Source: Candidatus Poribacteria bacterium (GTDB taxonomy: Bacteria > Poribacteria > WGA-4E > WGA-3G). Taken from it: a DNA stretch of 64,000 nucleotides. Location of the stretch: the NCBI GenBank assembly GCA_965205015.1, contig OZ242029.1, positions 4,032,001 to 4,096,000 of the forward strand, in the 5' to 3' direction. The notes beneath the pieces were generated by a model. The model did no database searches. It was not told where the DNA came from and saw only the letters and a program-made list of their open reading frames with translations. The translations under genes and the position numbers were made by a program. This document shows positions 27,219-37,301 of the stretch, in pieces; position 1 is the stretch's first letter, and each line of letters opens with the position of its first letter.

Positions 27219-30200
27219 ATGAAAAAGATTCTTCAAAACATCACTTGTTTTTGGATGGCGATTCTCTTTGGAATCCCTTTCCTGTTGATCGGTTGTGTTA
27301 AAAAAGAGATTACCCGCAAAGCCGATTGGGAGACCCATTTCCAAGGCATCCATTTTGTGGATGCCAAGCACGGATGGATCGTCGGGCATCAAGGCTGGAT
27401 TCTCCATACCGCTGACGGGGGCGTGAATTGGGAAAAACAGACGGTGAACACAAATGAGGATTTCAAAGCCGTTTATTTCACAAACGTGCGCAACGGCTGG
27501 GCAGTTGGGGACAAGGGGTTAATCGCCACGACTGACGATGGTGGACGGCATTGGACGCTACAGAACAGCGGAAGCCATGCTTTGCTTTTGGATGTTTTTT
27601 TCGTCAATTCGAAGCTGGGGTGGGTTGTCGGACGCGATGGCGCCCTTTACACAAAAAATGGTGGAAAAACGTGGCATCATCAGGCGATAAGCGAGTTTGG
27701 ACTTGGGGGCACCTGGTTCGTGAGCAAATATCGCGGCTGGACGGTTGGCGACTATAACCGGAGTTTTTTGACAAATGATGGAGGACAGACTTGGCACAGA
27801 CAGGGGAGTTTGGTGAGAGAAGACCAAATGCTTTTCAACGTCCAGACAGTCCATTTTATCGGTGATTCTAAGGGATGGTGCGGTGGCACAGATGGAACCA
27901 TCTTTCACACCACCACAGGCGGCACACAATGGCAACAACAGGTGAGTCGATTTCCGCTGGTGATGGGGCATATCGCTCCAACTGTTAATGACATTGATTT
28001 CATGAACGATGACCAGGGTGTAATGGTCGCTCAGGGTGGATTTATCAATCGAACAGAGGATGGTGGAGACAATTGGCAATTGGTGGAAAGTCCGACCAAG
28101 AATGACTTAACCGGTGTTCAATTCATAAGTCCAAAAGAGATATGGGGGGTCGGTTTAAATGGTACGCTGCTGCACTCGATTGATGGGGGGACGACGTGGG
28201 ACATGAAAAGCGGCACGACAGCAAACGACCTGAACAGTGTTGCGTTTGCAGACGCAGACCGCGCGGTTGCTGTTGGTGAACATGGTGCTATCACGATGAG
28301 CCAAGACGGTGGTAAAACTTGGACCGACCTGGATATGGATGTTTGGCATCGGATTCGGAACCTATCTTTTGCCACTGACAGGGAAGGTTGGGCAGTTGGA
28401 GATGGCGGACTCATCCTCCACACCACCGATGCAGGTCAAACGTGGGAACGGCAAACCAGCGGTTGGTGGTATACCCTCAATGCCCTTCATTTCATCAATT
28501 CAAAAAAGGGCTGGGTCGTCGGAGATTTAGGCACAGTGCTTCATACAGTGGATGGTGGAGAAACGTGGATTCAACAAGCACCCCGCTACTTTCATGAGAT
28601 GATTAAAGGGATCTTTTTCCTTAACGAGGAAGAGGGCTGGGTGGTCGGATGGCCCGGTATTATTTTTCAGACACAGGATGGTGGGATCACCTGGAAACGA
28701 CAGAATAGCAACAGTTACAACGAGCTCTATGCCGCCTACTTTGTTGACAGACACACCGGCTGGGTTGTTGGACAATTCGGCGAAATTTTACATACCTTAG
28801 ATGGCGGCAAAACGTGGAAGTTTCAACGGAGCCGAACACAAGCACATCTCAACAAAGTCTATTTTGCGGATGCAAATCACGGGTTAATCGTCGGCGATGA
28901 AGGCGTGATTTTAACCACCACCAATGGAGGCGTGACGTGGGAGTTGCAGAAAAGCGGCACGTCTAACGATCTTTATAGTTTCTCGCTTTCCCCCGATGGT
29001 ATCCTTGCTGTCGGTGAAGGCGGGATTGCGATGCGATACTCTGTGGATACGGAGCAGTTCACTGTCGAGTTGCCGCCTGCTGCGCAAGAGATGGAAGCGG
29101 CGTCCGAATCGGTGGAACCGGTTGAATATTATTGGGAGGTTGTTCGTCAGGGAAACTGGCGCTCCCATTTCACTGATATCTATTTCCTGTCGGCACAGCA
29201 GGGGTGGGCAGTCGGGGGTGGCGGCATCATTTTACATACTGTAAATGGCGGCAAAACGTGGCAACCCCAACAAAGTAGTGTCACAAAGGATTTGCAGCGG
29301 ATTCTCTTTATTGATAAAAACTACGGTTGGGTTACCGGTCAGGGTGTGTTACTACGAACGGAAAACGGGGGTGAGACATGGCAAGCGATTCATGAGGGGC
29401 TACAAAACTTCCGAAGTATCCGGGCGATCTACTTCGTCAACCCCAAGGAGGGTTGGATCGGGGTCGATAAGGGGCAAATCTTGCGCACCAGCGACGGCGG
29501 CAAAACCTTCCGCTTGCAGAAAACCGGGACAACGAATCAGCCAATCGCGGACCTACATTTTATTGATAGCAAAGAGGGGTGGGCGGTTACCCCCCAACGG
29601 CGAGAGGGTGGATTGATTCTGCACACCCTTGATGGGGGGGATTATTGGCAAATTCAGGCACGGACACATCAACGGGGCGTCGGTGTCCATTTTTCAAATG
29701 CCCAATCGGGTTGGGTGGTTATGAAAGATGGGAGTTCCCTGCTCACGACAGATGGCGGGGAGACATGGGAACAAACCTCGAGAATAGATTTCGGAATCCG
29801 TCTCCATACCGTGAAATTCCGCAATCACACTGAGGCGTGGGGATTTATTGAGGGGGAAGCAATTTTCACGACGCAAAATCGAGGCAAAAGCTGGGAAACA
29901 GTCCGTTTTTCGCTTGGAACTGAAGCTGCTGACACCGAGGCACAAAGTTGGATAGAACAGATGATAGAGGAACGTCCCTTCAATTTGATGCCCCAAATTA
30001 CCAACGCACATTTCTTGGCGGATGGCAGAGGTTGGGCAGTCGGCGGCGTGCTGGTTCAAGAGGGGGCTCCCGATGGGAAGGATTTTGACAGTCTTAATAA
30101 GACACAAGCGTCTGGCGGTCAGATTTATTATACGACAGATGGTGGGAAGACTTGGGCGCATCAATTTGGTGAATCGCTTGATGACTTACGCGATGTCCTG

Positions 30201-31058
30201 TTTCTTGATGAACAGCGAGGGTGGGTTGTCGGAGATAATGGAGCCTTATTTTCAACAGCAGATGGCGGAGAAAGTTGGAGGCGTTTGAGGAGTGGTACCA
30301 CCCAACGCATTGTCGATGTCCACTTTGTGAGTCGTAATCCGGAGTGGGGGTGGGCGATGACCCGCAATGGGTCCTTGCTTTACACTGTTGACGGTGAGGA
30401 TTGGTCAACAAACTTGCCAGATGGGCTTGCAAGCGACATTCTGGATAAGCGGGAACTCCGTCCGGGTGCTGCGACTTCCATAAACGATGCTGCCTTTGGC
30501 AAGTTTTCTGAGGGATGGGCTGTCGGTCAGAGTGGAGAGATTTTCCACAATCAGGATGGCGGTTTAATTTGGACACTTCAACGCACTTCAACCGGAAAAG
30601 AGCTCATGGGTATCGATATGAAATTCGCACCGCTCGGCTGGGCGGTTGGAGCCAACGGTGTCATCCAGCGAACTGTCAACGGCGGTGACTATTGGAAATT
30701 TCACGAGACCGACACGGGCTATGATCTCTATGCGGTATCCTTCATCAGTAAACGGAAAGGGTGGGCAGCTGGGCGGGGTGGGATTCTTTTGTACACTTCT
30801 GACGGTGGATTTACTTGGACACCACAGTTGAGTCGTCTACCAGAATCCCTGTACGATATTTTGGCACTCTCTGAACAGGAACTTTACGCTGTCGGCGCCT
30901 CTGGAACCATTATTCATTCCGCAGACGGTGGGGAAACGTGGGAGCGGGAGCATACCGAAATTGACAATGATCTGTACGCAATCACGCAGGTCAAAGAGGG
31001 TAATACACTGTGGGTCGTTGGGCAAGGCGGCGTTGTGCTGCGGCGTCCTAAACGCTGA
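27219..31058 (+). CDS. Giant YCF48/BNR-repeat lipoprotein, copy 2 (~1279 aa)
   Basis: Near-identical signal/lipobox to copy 1; collinear repeats. Confidence 0.9.
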   Translation: MKKILQNITCFWMAILFGIPFLLIGCVKKEITRKADWETHFQGIHFVDAKHGWIVGHQGWILHTADGGVNWEKQTVNTNEDFKAVYFTNVRNGWAVGDKGLIATTDDGGRHWTLQNSGSHALLLDVFFVNSKLGWVVGRDGALYTKNGGKTWHHQAISEFGLGGTWFVSKYRGWTVGDYNRSFLTNDGGQTWHRQGSLVREDQMLFNVQTVHFIGDSKGWCGGTDGTIFHTTTGGTQWQQQVSRFPLVMGHIAPTVNDIDFMNDDQGVMVAQGGFINRTEDGGDNWQLVESPTKNDLTGVQFISPKEIWGVGLNGTLLHSIDGGTTWDMKSGTTANDLNSVAFADADRAVAVGEHGAITMSQDGGKTWTDLDMDVWHRIRNLSFATDREGWAVGDGGLILHTTDAGQTWERQTSGWWYTLNALHFINSKKGWVVGDLGTVLHTVDGGETWIQQAPRYFHEMIKGIFFLNEEEGWVVGWPGIIFQTQDGGITWKRQNSNSYNELYAAYFVDRHTGWVVGQFGEILHTLDGGKTWKFQRSRTQAHLNKVYFADANHGLIVGDEGVILTTTNGGVTWELQKSGTSNDLYSFSLSPDGILAVGEGGIAMRYSVDTEQFTVELPPAAQEMEAASESVEPVEYYWEVVRQGNWRSHFTDIYFLSAQQGWAVGGGGIILHTVNGGKTWQPQQSSVTKDLQRILFIDKNYGWVTGQGVLLRTENGGETWQAIHEGLQNFRSIRAIYFVNPKEGWIGVDKGQILRTSDGGKTFRLQKTGTTNQPIADLHFIDSKEGWAVTPQRREGGLILHTLDGGDYWQIQARTHQRGVGVHFSNAQSGWVVMKDGSSLLTTDGGETWEQTSRIDFGIRLHTVKFRNHTEAWGFIEGEAIFTTQNRGKSWETVRFSLGTEAADTEAQSWIEQMIEERPFNLMPQITNAHFLADGRGWAVGGVLVQEGAPDGKDFDSLNKTQASGGQIYYTTDGGKTWAHQFGESLDDLRDVLFLDEQRGWVVGDNGALFSTADGGESWRRLRSGTTQRIVDVHFVSRNPEWGWAMTRNGSLLYTVDGEDWSTNLPDGLASDILDKRELRPGAATSINDAAFGKFSEGWAVGQSGEIFHNQDGGLIWTLQRTSTGKELMGIDMKFAPLGWAVGANGVIQRTVNGGDYWKFHETDTGYDLYAVSFISKRKGWAAGRGGILLYTSDGGFTWTPQLSRLPESLYDILALSEQELYAVGASGTIIHSADGGETWEREHTEIDNDLYAITQVKEGNTLWVVGQGGVVLRRPKR

Positions 31059-31087
31059 TAGGCGTTAACCTATCTCATAAACGTTTG

Positions 31088-31141
31088 AATATCGTGCGGA
31101 AACACGCGAAATACACAGCCGTCTCTGCACGATATTTTTTT
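31088..31141 (+). terminator. Possible intrinsic terminator (long-loop stem plus T run)
   Basis: AATATCGTGCGGA / TCTGCACGATATT 13-bp stem (one G-U) followed by a T tract, 30 bp after the stop; the loop is unusually long. Confidence 0.5.
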
Positions 31142-31251
31142 GTTTATTACATTTTCCCAATTTCCTCAAAATCACACAACAACATCCCCTTCCTAAATGG
31201 CGTTTACGTCAGTCCTGACTTTAACAATTTCAGATACTTTTAATTCCTCAG

Positions 31252-31316
31252 ATAAAAATCCAGATTTTTCGCTTTATGCACCCTTTCCATTCTTAAACCG
31301 TATCATTAATTATAAA
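31252..31316 (+). promoter_or_regulatory. Conserved promoter module, copy 1
   Basis: ATAAAAATCCAGATTTTT + TTATGCACCCTTTCC-N11-GTATC..TTAATTATAAA; repeated at 34387-34463. Confidence 0.65.
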
Positions 31317-31427
31317 AGCGTGCCACATACCCTTCACGAAAGTTGGTTGTGCAAAACCTGATTCTCTGAACAATAAATGAAAGAGCATCCGTATCGTAAT
31401 ATAGAATAGAATTAAAGGAAGTCCAAT

Positions 31428-32840
31428 ATGTTAATGACCATGATTCAAAAAGAGATTATGCATCACATTCTGAGCGTCCGTTTTGTCGCCCTCCTTTTGA
31501 TGTGTCTCCTCCTCGTCCCGCTGACCCTTTCTACCAATTACCGAAATTATCGCCAGAACTTAGTGGATTATCAAGAAGCCGTTAAACTCGCCAACATTGA
31601 AGAGACCACCGTAAATCCGAAGCTACCGCCGCAACCGGAAGTTGAAGTTTCCAAACTTTTTTTCAAACCGACACCGTTGAGTGTCTTCGCAAATGGATTG
31701 GAGGACTCACTCCCGAGTTACCTCGGCATGACGCGTAATGGAATCACACAGGGACCGCCATCTACGTTTTCAGCACCTCTTACCCAACTTTTAGGACATC
31801 TCGATTTTCTATTTGTGGTAGGTACTGTCTTCAGTCTCCTGGCACTACTGTTCACATTTGATGCCGTTGCTGGAGAAAGAGAAGCGGGCACATTGCGGAT
31901 CACTTTAGCGAATTCCTTGCCGCGCGATCTATTTTTATGGAGCAAATTGATTGGCGGATACTTGGTATTCGTTGTTCCATTTTTGGTTTCTCTTCTATTC
32001 GGCTTACTCGTGCTGGTTTGGCAAGGGTTTCCCCTCGGTGAACCCGAAATTTTTCCACGCGTGCTTAGCATAACCCTCGCATCACTACTCTACATTGGGG
32101 TGTTTTTTGCGATAGGAACAGTGATTTCTACCTACTTCGACAGTCCTAAGACCGCACTCATCATCGCCTTCACTGTCTGGGTATTCGCCGTGCTAATTAC
32201 ACCACGCCTCGGTTTTCTGGCTGCGAAAATTATCACGCCGACACGCACTTCACAGAGCGTCTATATGGAAAAGACAGCGATGCGAGATAATTTCGATGCC
32301 GAACTCAAAGATCAAAAAATGAAATTCTTCATGGAGGTCCCCCCAAATAAGGACGGCGCACGCATTATAGGTCCGGAAATTGCGGAAAAAATCGATGAAC
32401 GTATGAAACCCTTGGAAGAGGAATATCGACTGAAATTCCAGAACCGTGCGAACAAATTGGATCGAGATTATGAACGTGAAACAGAGCGACAAGAACAGTT
32501 GGGCGAGACGTTTTCCCGAATTACCCCTACATCTTCCTTAATCTATCTTACCACGAACTTAACACAGACAGGAAAAGTAGAAAGAAGCAACTATTTTCAA
32601 ACAGGGGATCGCTATTATGAGATGCTTCATACAGATTTCTTTAGCAAAATTTCAGATCATATTTCTCATAGAGTGCACCGCCCGGAAGATAATGTCAAAA
32701 TCACACAACCGCCACCTTTGGCAACAACACCCTTAGGGGAGATATTCAGTCAATCGGTGATAGATGTGCTGTTGCTCTGCTTCTTTGCTGTGGTATTGAC
32801 AACCGTAGCATTTCTGAAATTCTTCCGCTCCGATATTTGA
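31428..32840 (+). CDS. ABC-2 type transporter permease with large extracytoplasmic loops, copy 1
   Basis: IQKEI.., FDAVAGEREAGTLRITLANSLPR..LWSKLIG, ITP and a C-terminal FFRSDI. Confidence 0.85.
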   Translation: MLMTMIQKEIMHHILSVRFVALLLMCLLLVPLTLSTNYRNYRQNLVDYQEAVKLANIEETTVNPKLPPQPEVEVSKLFFKPTPLSVFANGLEDSLPSYLGMTRNGITQGPPSTFSAPLTQLLGHLDFLFVVGTVFSLLALLFTFDAVAGEREAGTLRITLANSLPRDLFLWSKLIGGYLVFVVPFLVSLLFGLLVLVWQGFPLGEPEIFPRVLSITLASLLYIGVFFAIGTVISTYFDSPKTALIIAFTVWVFAVLITPRLGFLAAKIITPTRTSQSVYMEKTAMRDNFDAELKDQKMKFFMEVPPNKDGARIIGPEIAEKIDERMKPLEEEYRLKFQNRANKLDRDYERETERQEQLGETFSRITPTSSLIYLTTNLTQTGKVERSNYFQTGDRYYEMLHTDFFSKISDHISHRVHRPEDNVKITQPPPLATTPLGEIFSQSVIDVLLLCFFAVVLTTVAFLKFFRSDI

Positions 32841-32957
32841 TGTCGATCATAACCGAATTGCCGACACCGTTTAAAAAGTCAGGACTTATAGCAGCGACCT
32901 CACAATAACGGCCCCTCCTGACGAGTCAAATTAGAAAAAAATTAAAGGGAGTTCAAT

Positions 32958-34376
32958 ATGTTAATGACGATGATTCAAAAAGAGATTAGGCAGCACATTC
33001 TGAGCGTCCGGTTTGTTGCGCTCTTGTTGATGTGTCTCCTACTAATCCCGCTGACCCTTTCTATTAACTATCGAAACTATCGCCAAAACCTTGTCGACTA
33101 TCAAGAAGCCGTTAAACTGGCAAATATTGAAGAAAAGACAGTAAACCCGAAGATGCCGCTGGAACCGGAGGTTGAGATTTCTAAACTCTTTCTCAAACCG
33201 ATACCTTTGAGTGTGTTTGCAAATGGATTAGGAGACGCGCTGCCAAGCTACCTTGGCATGACCCGTAATGGGATTATTCAAGGAGCTCCAGTTTTGGTTT
33301 CGGATTCCCTTTCCTATCTTTTCGGACATCTCGACTTTCTTTTTCTGGTAGGCACTGTTTTCAGTTTGCTCGCGCTGCTATTTACCTTTGACGCGGTTGC
33401 CGGGGAACGAGAAGCGGGTACCCTTCGGGTCACCTTAGCGAATTCTCTGCCGCGTGATCTCTTTCTGTGGAGTAAATTAATTGGCGGATATATAGTGTTC
33501 GTAGTGCCGTTTTTGGTGTCCCTTCTATTCGGCTTATTGGTACTTGTTTGGCAAGGGTTTCCCCTCGGTGAATCCGAAATTTTTCCACGTGTGTTCAGTC
33601 TAACGCTCGCCTCGCTGCTCTATATTGCGGTCTTCTTTGCGATAGGGACAGTCATTTCAACCTACTTAGATAATTCCAAGACAGCCCTCATCGTCGCCTT
33701 TACGGTTTGGGTGTTTGCCGTGCTGATTACGCCGCGCGTCGGATTTATCGCAGCGAAATTTATCGCGCCAACGCGAACATCACAGAGTGTCTATCTGGAA
33801 AAGACGGCTCTCCGTGAGAATTTCAACGCAGAACTTGAAGAGAAAAAAAGGGAAATACACAAAGAAGTCTGGAAGGATCGTCGGCAACCTTCCTTTGAAG
33901 AACAGGGGGAAATCGGAAGAAAGGTGGATGAACGGATGAAACCTCTTGAAGAGGAATTTCGGCAGAAATTCAAAGCGCGCACTGATGAAATAGATCGAAA
34001 CTATCAACGTGAAAAAAAGCACCAAGAGCAGGTAGGTGAAACGCTTTCACGAATCACACCGACATCCTCCCTAACCTATCTCGCTACAAATTTAACACAG
34101 ACTGGAAAACGAAAGAGAAATACCTACTTTCAAGCAGGTGAGCGTTACTATGATGCGCTTCATACAGATGTGTTCAGCAAAATTATAGATCATGCTAGCG
34201 TGAGAATGTTCCACCCAGAGAGAGACATCATAAAAATCAGGCAGCCATCATCTTTAGAAACCCCAACCTTAGGAGAGACATTCCGTCAATCGGCAGTGGA
34301 TGTGCTGTTGCTCTGCTTCTTTGCTGTGGTATTAACAACCGTAGCATTCCTGAAATTCTTCCGTTCCGATATTTGA
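32958..34376 (+). CDS. ABC-2 type transporter permease, copy 2
   Basis: Close paralog of 31428-32840; shares the RBS region and the 3' end. Confidence 0.85.
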   Translation: MLMTMIQKEIRQHILSVRFVALLLMCLLLIPLTLSINYRNYRQNLVDYQEAVKLANIEEKTVNPKMPLEPEVEISKLFLKPIPLSVFANGLGDALPSYLGMTRNGIIQGAPVLVSDSLSYLFGHLDFLFLVGTVFSLLALLFTFDAVAGEREAGTLRVTLANSLPRDLFLWSKLIGGYIVFVVPFLVSLLFGLLVLVWQGFPLGESEIFPRVFSLTLASLLYIAVFFAIGTVISTYLDNSKTALIVAFTVWVFAVLITPRVGFIAAKFIAPTRTSQSVYLEKTALRENFNAELEEKKREIHKEVWKDRRQPSFEEQGEIGRKVDERMKPLEEEFRQKFKARTDEIDRNYQREKKHQEQVGETLSRITPTSSLTYLATNLTQTGKRKRNTYFQAGERYYDALHTDVFSKIIDHASVRMFHPERDIIKIRQPSSLETPTLGETFRQSAVDVLLLCFFAVVLTTVAFLKFFRSDI

Positions 34377-34386
34377 TCGCAATGAA

Positions 34387-34463
34387 ATAAAAATTCAGGT
34401 TTTTGTTATTTTTTCTAAGTTATGCACCCTTTCCCTCTCAAAATAGTATCTTTTAATTATAAA
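34387..34463 (+). promoter_or_regulatory. Conserved promoter module, copy 2
   Basis: ATAAAAATTCAGGTTTTT + TTATGCACCCTTTCC-N11-GTATC..TTAATTATAAA. Confidence 0.65.
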
Positions 34464-34524
34464 CGAGCTCGAGTAACGTGAGTTTAAAAATAAAACGGAA
34501 ATTATATTGGAAAGGAATACCATC

Positions 34525-35274
34525 ATGAAAGCCTTAAGCATTGGATTGGGCATATTTATTCTAACCTGTTCCGCAGGGGCAGAGGTGTTTCTGGAAACTT
34601 TTGATGATAGAAATATTATAAAACAGTGGCAGGAACTGACAATATTCCATGGACCTCCCGGTGTCCATTCTTGGAAAATTGTTGGCGGTCAACTTGAGTC
34701 TTTAGTAATTGGTGCTGATCGTGTGACGCGTTTATTTGTGATCGGGGATGAAGAGTGGCAAGATTACGATATTGAAGTTGACGTTAAACCGCTCCGAAAA
34801 CATGGACCTGCCCATATTGTGATTGCATCGCGGATTCATCAGGCCAAAAAAGATCAGACATGGGGAGTCCTCTGTACAATTGGAGACGTGCCGATGCTCG
34901 AACCTAAATCCATGGCTCGCTGTTCTGGGCGTCGCTTGCCGAATGGAGTGGCTATTCTGGATTATAAAAAGAAACCTTATCCTTCCTTAAGCGTGAAAAA
35001 ATGGTCTCACCTGAAGTTGAGTGTTCATGGAAAACACTTGACTTTTTGGATTAATGGCGAGCAAGTTCTCGGACCCGTAATTTTAGAAGCGAAAAAATTT
35101 GAACACATGGAGGTTGAGTTTCCTGACTATCCGAGGGGTAAAGTCGGTTTCGGAGTCTCAAATTACTCTGTGCTTTTTGATAACCTTAGCATCACCACCG
35201 GGGACGATATTCCAAAATCTGTAACACCGAGAACAAAACTTGCGACCACTTGGGGAAACTTGAAGCAGTTTTAG
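34525..35274 (+). CDS. Secreted ConA/DUF1080-like beta-sandwich protein with a C-terminal KLATTWGNLK motif
   Basis: AAGGA RBS before ATG 34525; signal SAGA-E; ETFDD, W.I.GG.L, GDEEWQDYDIEVDVK, GKVGFG and FDNLSI. Confidence 0.7.
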   Translation: MKALSIGLGIFILTCSAGAEVFLETFDDRNIIKQWQELTIFHGPPGVHSWKIVGGQLESLVIGADRVTRLFVIGDEEWQDYDIEVDVKPLRKHGPAHIVIASRIHQAKKDQTWGVLCTIGDVPMLEPKSMARCSGRRLPNGVAILDYKKKPYPSLSVKKWSHLKLSVHGKHLTFWINGEQVLGPVILEAKKFEHMEVEFPDYPRGKVGFGVSNYSVLFDNLSITTGDDIPKSVTPRTKLATTWGNLKQF

Positions 35275-35419
35275 AGAAATATCTTTTATAGGTCGAATTC
35301 ACGTTAACGCTAATTCAATTTTTTTCCTATCACTCATTAAGTCCGAAAAACGCGTTGATAGAACAAAGTTTCGTGCCTCACCCATAATAACAGGCAAGAC
35401 ACGAGAAATTTGCTATGTC

Positions 35420-36358
35420 CTACAGCGCATGCTCTTCCGGACGGACACCTTTTGTAAACGTGCCGAAACCGAAGAACGTCGGGGCATAATCGCCGACATA
35501 ATCGACTACACTCTTATCGGCAATCGCATCCTCCATTCCCATACACCAATAGCAACCGTTGACGAGGAGACGGCGAAGTCCTTCGCTCTCCAAATCAACA
35601 GAAGCACCCATCGTCGTATTGAGGACGCGCGAGGTGTTGCCTTCATCGCCCGTATAGGTTTTAATCCACACCATCGGCATTGTGATGGTATCCGGTTTCG
35701 GTGCATCTGTTGGATCCATACCGACCAATACCTGCCCGTGGATGAGCACTTGGGAATCACCTGTCAAATCATTAATACCGTAAACATCGGACGGACCCCA
35801 AACGTCGTCAACGCCTTTGAGAATCGGATGGTCCTGCATCGCTGCGTCAATGACACCGCGTGCGCTCTCTTTGCCGTGATGTCCATGGTGGTTAACCCAT
35901 GTCTCGCCGAGGACCTGTCTGCCGTATCCACCCTCAAATTCCTCACTGTCAAAACTGTATTTTGCGTAGGGACTCTCGAGGTTGCGGCTATAACTGAAAG
36001 CGTGGGTCGCCGTGCGGAGCCCCATTACGGGTTTGCCGGCGTTCGTATAGTCAACGACATATTTCATCTGTTCATCGGGCAGTTCGCGGAAACGCGTGAA
36101 CAGCACCATCATATCCGCGGATTCTAAATGGTGGAGTCCGGGAATGTTCGTCTGCACCTCCGGATCGATGACGCCTGTTTCCGGATCGATAGCAAACAGC
36201 ACGGTACATGTAAATCCGTGGTGTGTGGCTAACACCTTCCCCAGCATCGGTAACGCTTCCTCAGAGCGATACTCTTCATCGCCACTGACGAGAACGATAT
36301 GCTTGCCCTTTCCGGGACCTTCGTTTCCTTCGTAAACAACCCATTCATTTTTCATCAA
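35420..36358 (-). CDS. ThuA-like (class I glutamine amidotransferase-like) domain protein
   Basis: HIVLVSGDEEYRSEE, LFTRFR, GLRTATHAF and WVNHHG. Confidence 0.75.
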   Translation of the reverse strand: MMKNEWVVYEGNEGPGKGKHIVLVSGDEEYRSEEALPMLGKVLATHHGFTCTVLFAIDPETGVIDPEVQTNIPGLHHLESADMMVLFTRFRELPDEQMKYVVDYTNAGKPVMGLRTATHAFSYSRNLESPYAKYSFDSEEFEGGYGRQVLGETWVNHHGHHGKESARGVIDAAMQDHPILKGVDDVWGPSDVYGINDLTGDSQVLIHGQVLVGMDPTDAPKPDTITMPMVWIKTYTGDEGNTSRVLNTTMGASVDLESEGLRRLLVNGCYWCMGMEDAIADKSVVDYVGDYAPTFFGFGTFTKGVRPEEHAL

Positions 36359-36560
36359 AAGATAAACTCCATAAAATAAGATTTTGCATAAGTATATCAG
36401 ATTTTCCTGAGAAAGTCACGTCGAATCTGTTTAGAGGGCATTCAAGGTTCTGTAGACATAGAGAAAAATTTTGACAAATATCCGAAGTTACCTTAAAATT
36501 AAAGGACAAGCTCGAAAACAGGATCCAAAACCGACTGGCAACCTGCAGGAGAACTCGTCC

Positions 36561-37280
36561 ATGCACTTAACGCCTCAGCAGCGAGACCACTATAAAGAGC
36601 AGGGTTTCGTGGTCATTCCTCATCTTTTTAGTCCAGCCACAGTAACCTTGATGCGTGAACATTACATGAAACGCCGCGCAGAAGGTCCAAAACCCGGCGA
36701 CTCCGGCGGCACAACCGACCACGCCGATGATCCAAATCATCAATTCCCACGTATGATCAATATGCACAACTGGGACGAATTAACCCAAGAATGGTCAACC
36801 GATATCGACTTACTTGCCATTACGGAACAACTGATTGATGATACGCCGGTGCTTTTACAAACAATGCTCTATTTCAAACCACCCGGCGCACGAGGTCAAG
36901 CGCTACACCAAGACGAACAATACATCCCCATAGATCCGATCATCGGTGTTTGGGTAGCATTGGATATATCGGACGAAGCTGTTGGACGTATGGTGCTCAT
37001 CCCACGTTCCCATCTATCCGGGCTGCTACCTGTTGAAACAGCAGACACCGCTATCTCGTTTACAAATGTACAAGCCGTCAAACCGAAGGACGCTGAGGAA
37101 TTGGGAATTGACATGTCGCCTGGTGATACACTTTTTTTTGACGGTAAGGTTATACACGGTTCCTACATGAATAAAACAGATGATCGGTGGCGGCGGAGTT
37201 TTATATGCCACTATATGGGCGAGAACTCACAACGGTTTGAACCAGCCGAAGGCACGCACGTCTCACATATAAAAAAATAG
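36561..37280 (+). CDS. Phytanoyl-CoA dioxygenase (PhyH) family protein
   Basis: AGGAG RBS before ATG 36561; YFKPPG, HQD, WVALD, PRSH, IHGS.N and RR. Confidence 0.9.
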   Translation: MHLTPQQRDHYKEQGFVVIPHLFSPATVTLMREHYMKRRAEGPKPGDSGGTTDHADDPNHQFPRMINMHNWDELTQEWSTDIDLLAITEQLIDDTPVLLQTMLYFKPPGARGQALHQDEQYIPIDPIIGVWVALDISDEAVGRMVLIPRSHLSGLLPVETADTAISFTNVQAVKPKDAEELGIDMSPGDTLFFDGKVIHGSYMNKTDDRWRRSFICHYMGENSQRFEPAEGTHVSHIKK

Positions 37281-37301
37281 CATAAAATTGGAGGATCTGG
37301 A

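Noticed and set aside
21834-31058. Photosystem II assembly factor Ycf48
   Set aside because: Only the repeat fold is shared; the proteins are about four times longer and there are no photosynthesis genes.
31211-32886. Composite transposon around permease 1 (AGTCCTGACTTT / AAAGTCAGGACT)
   Set aside because: Only a 12-bp match, resembling decayed ends of the GGACTTACGCA repeat facing outward; no transposase or target duplication.
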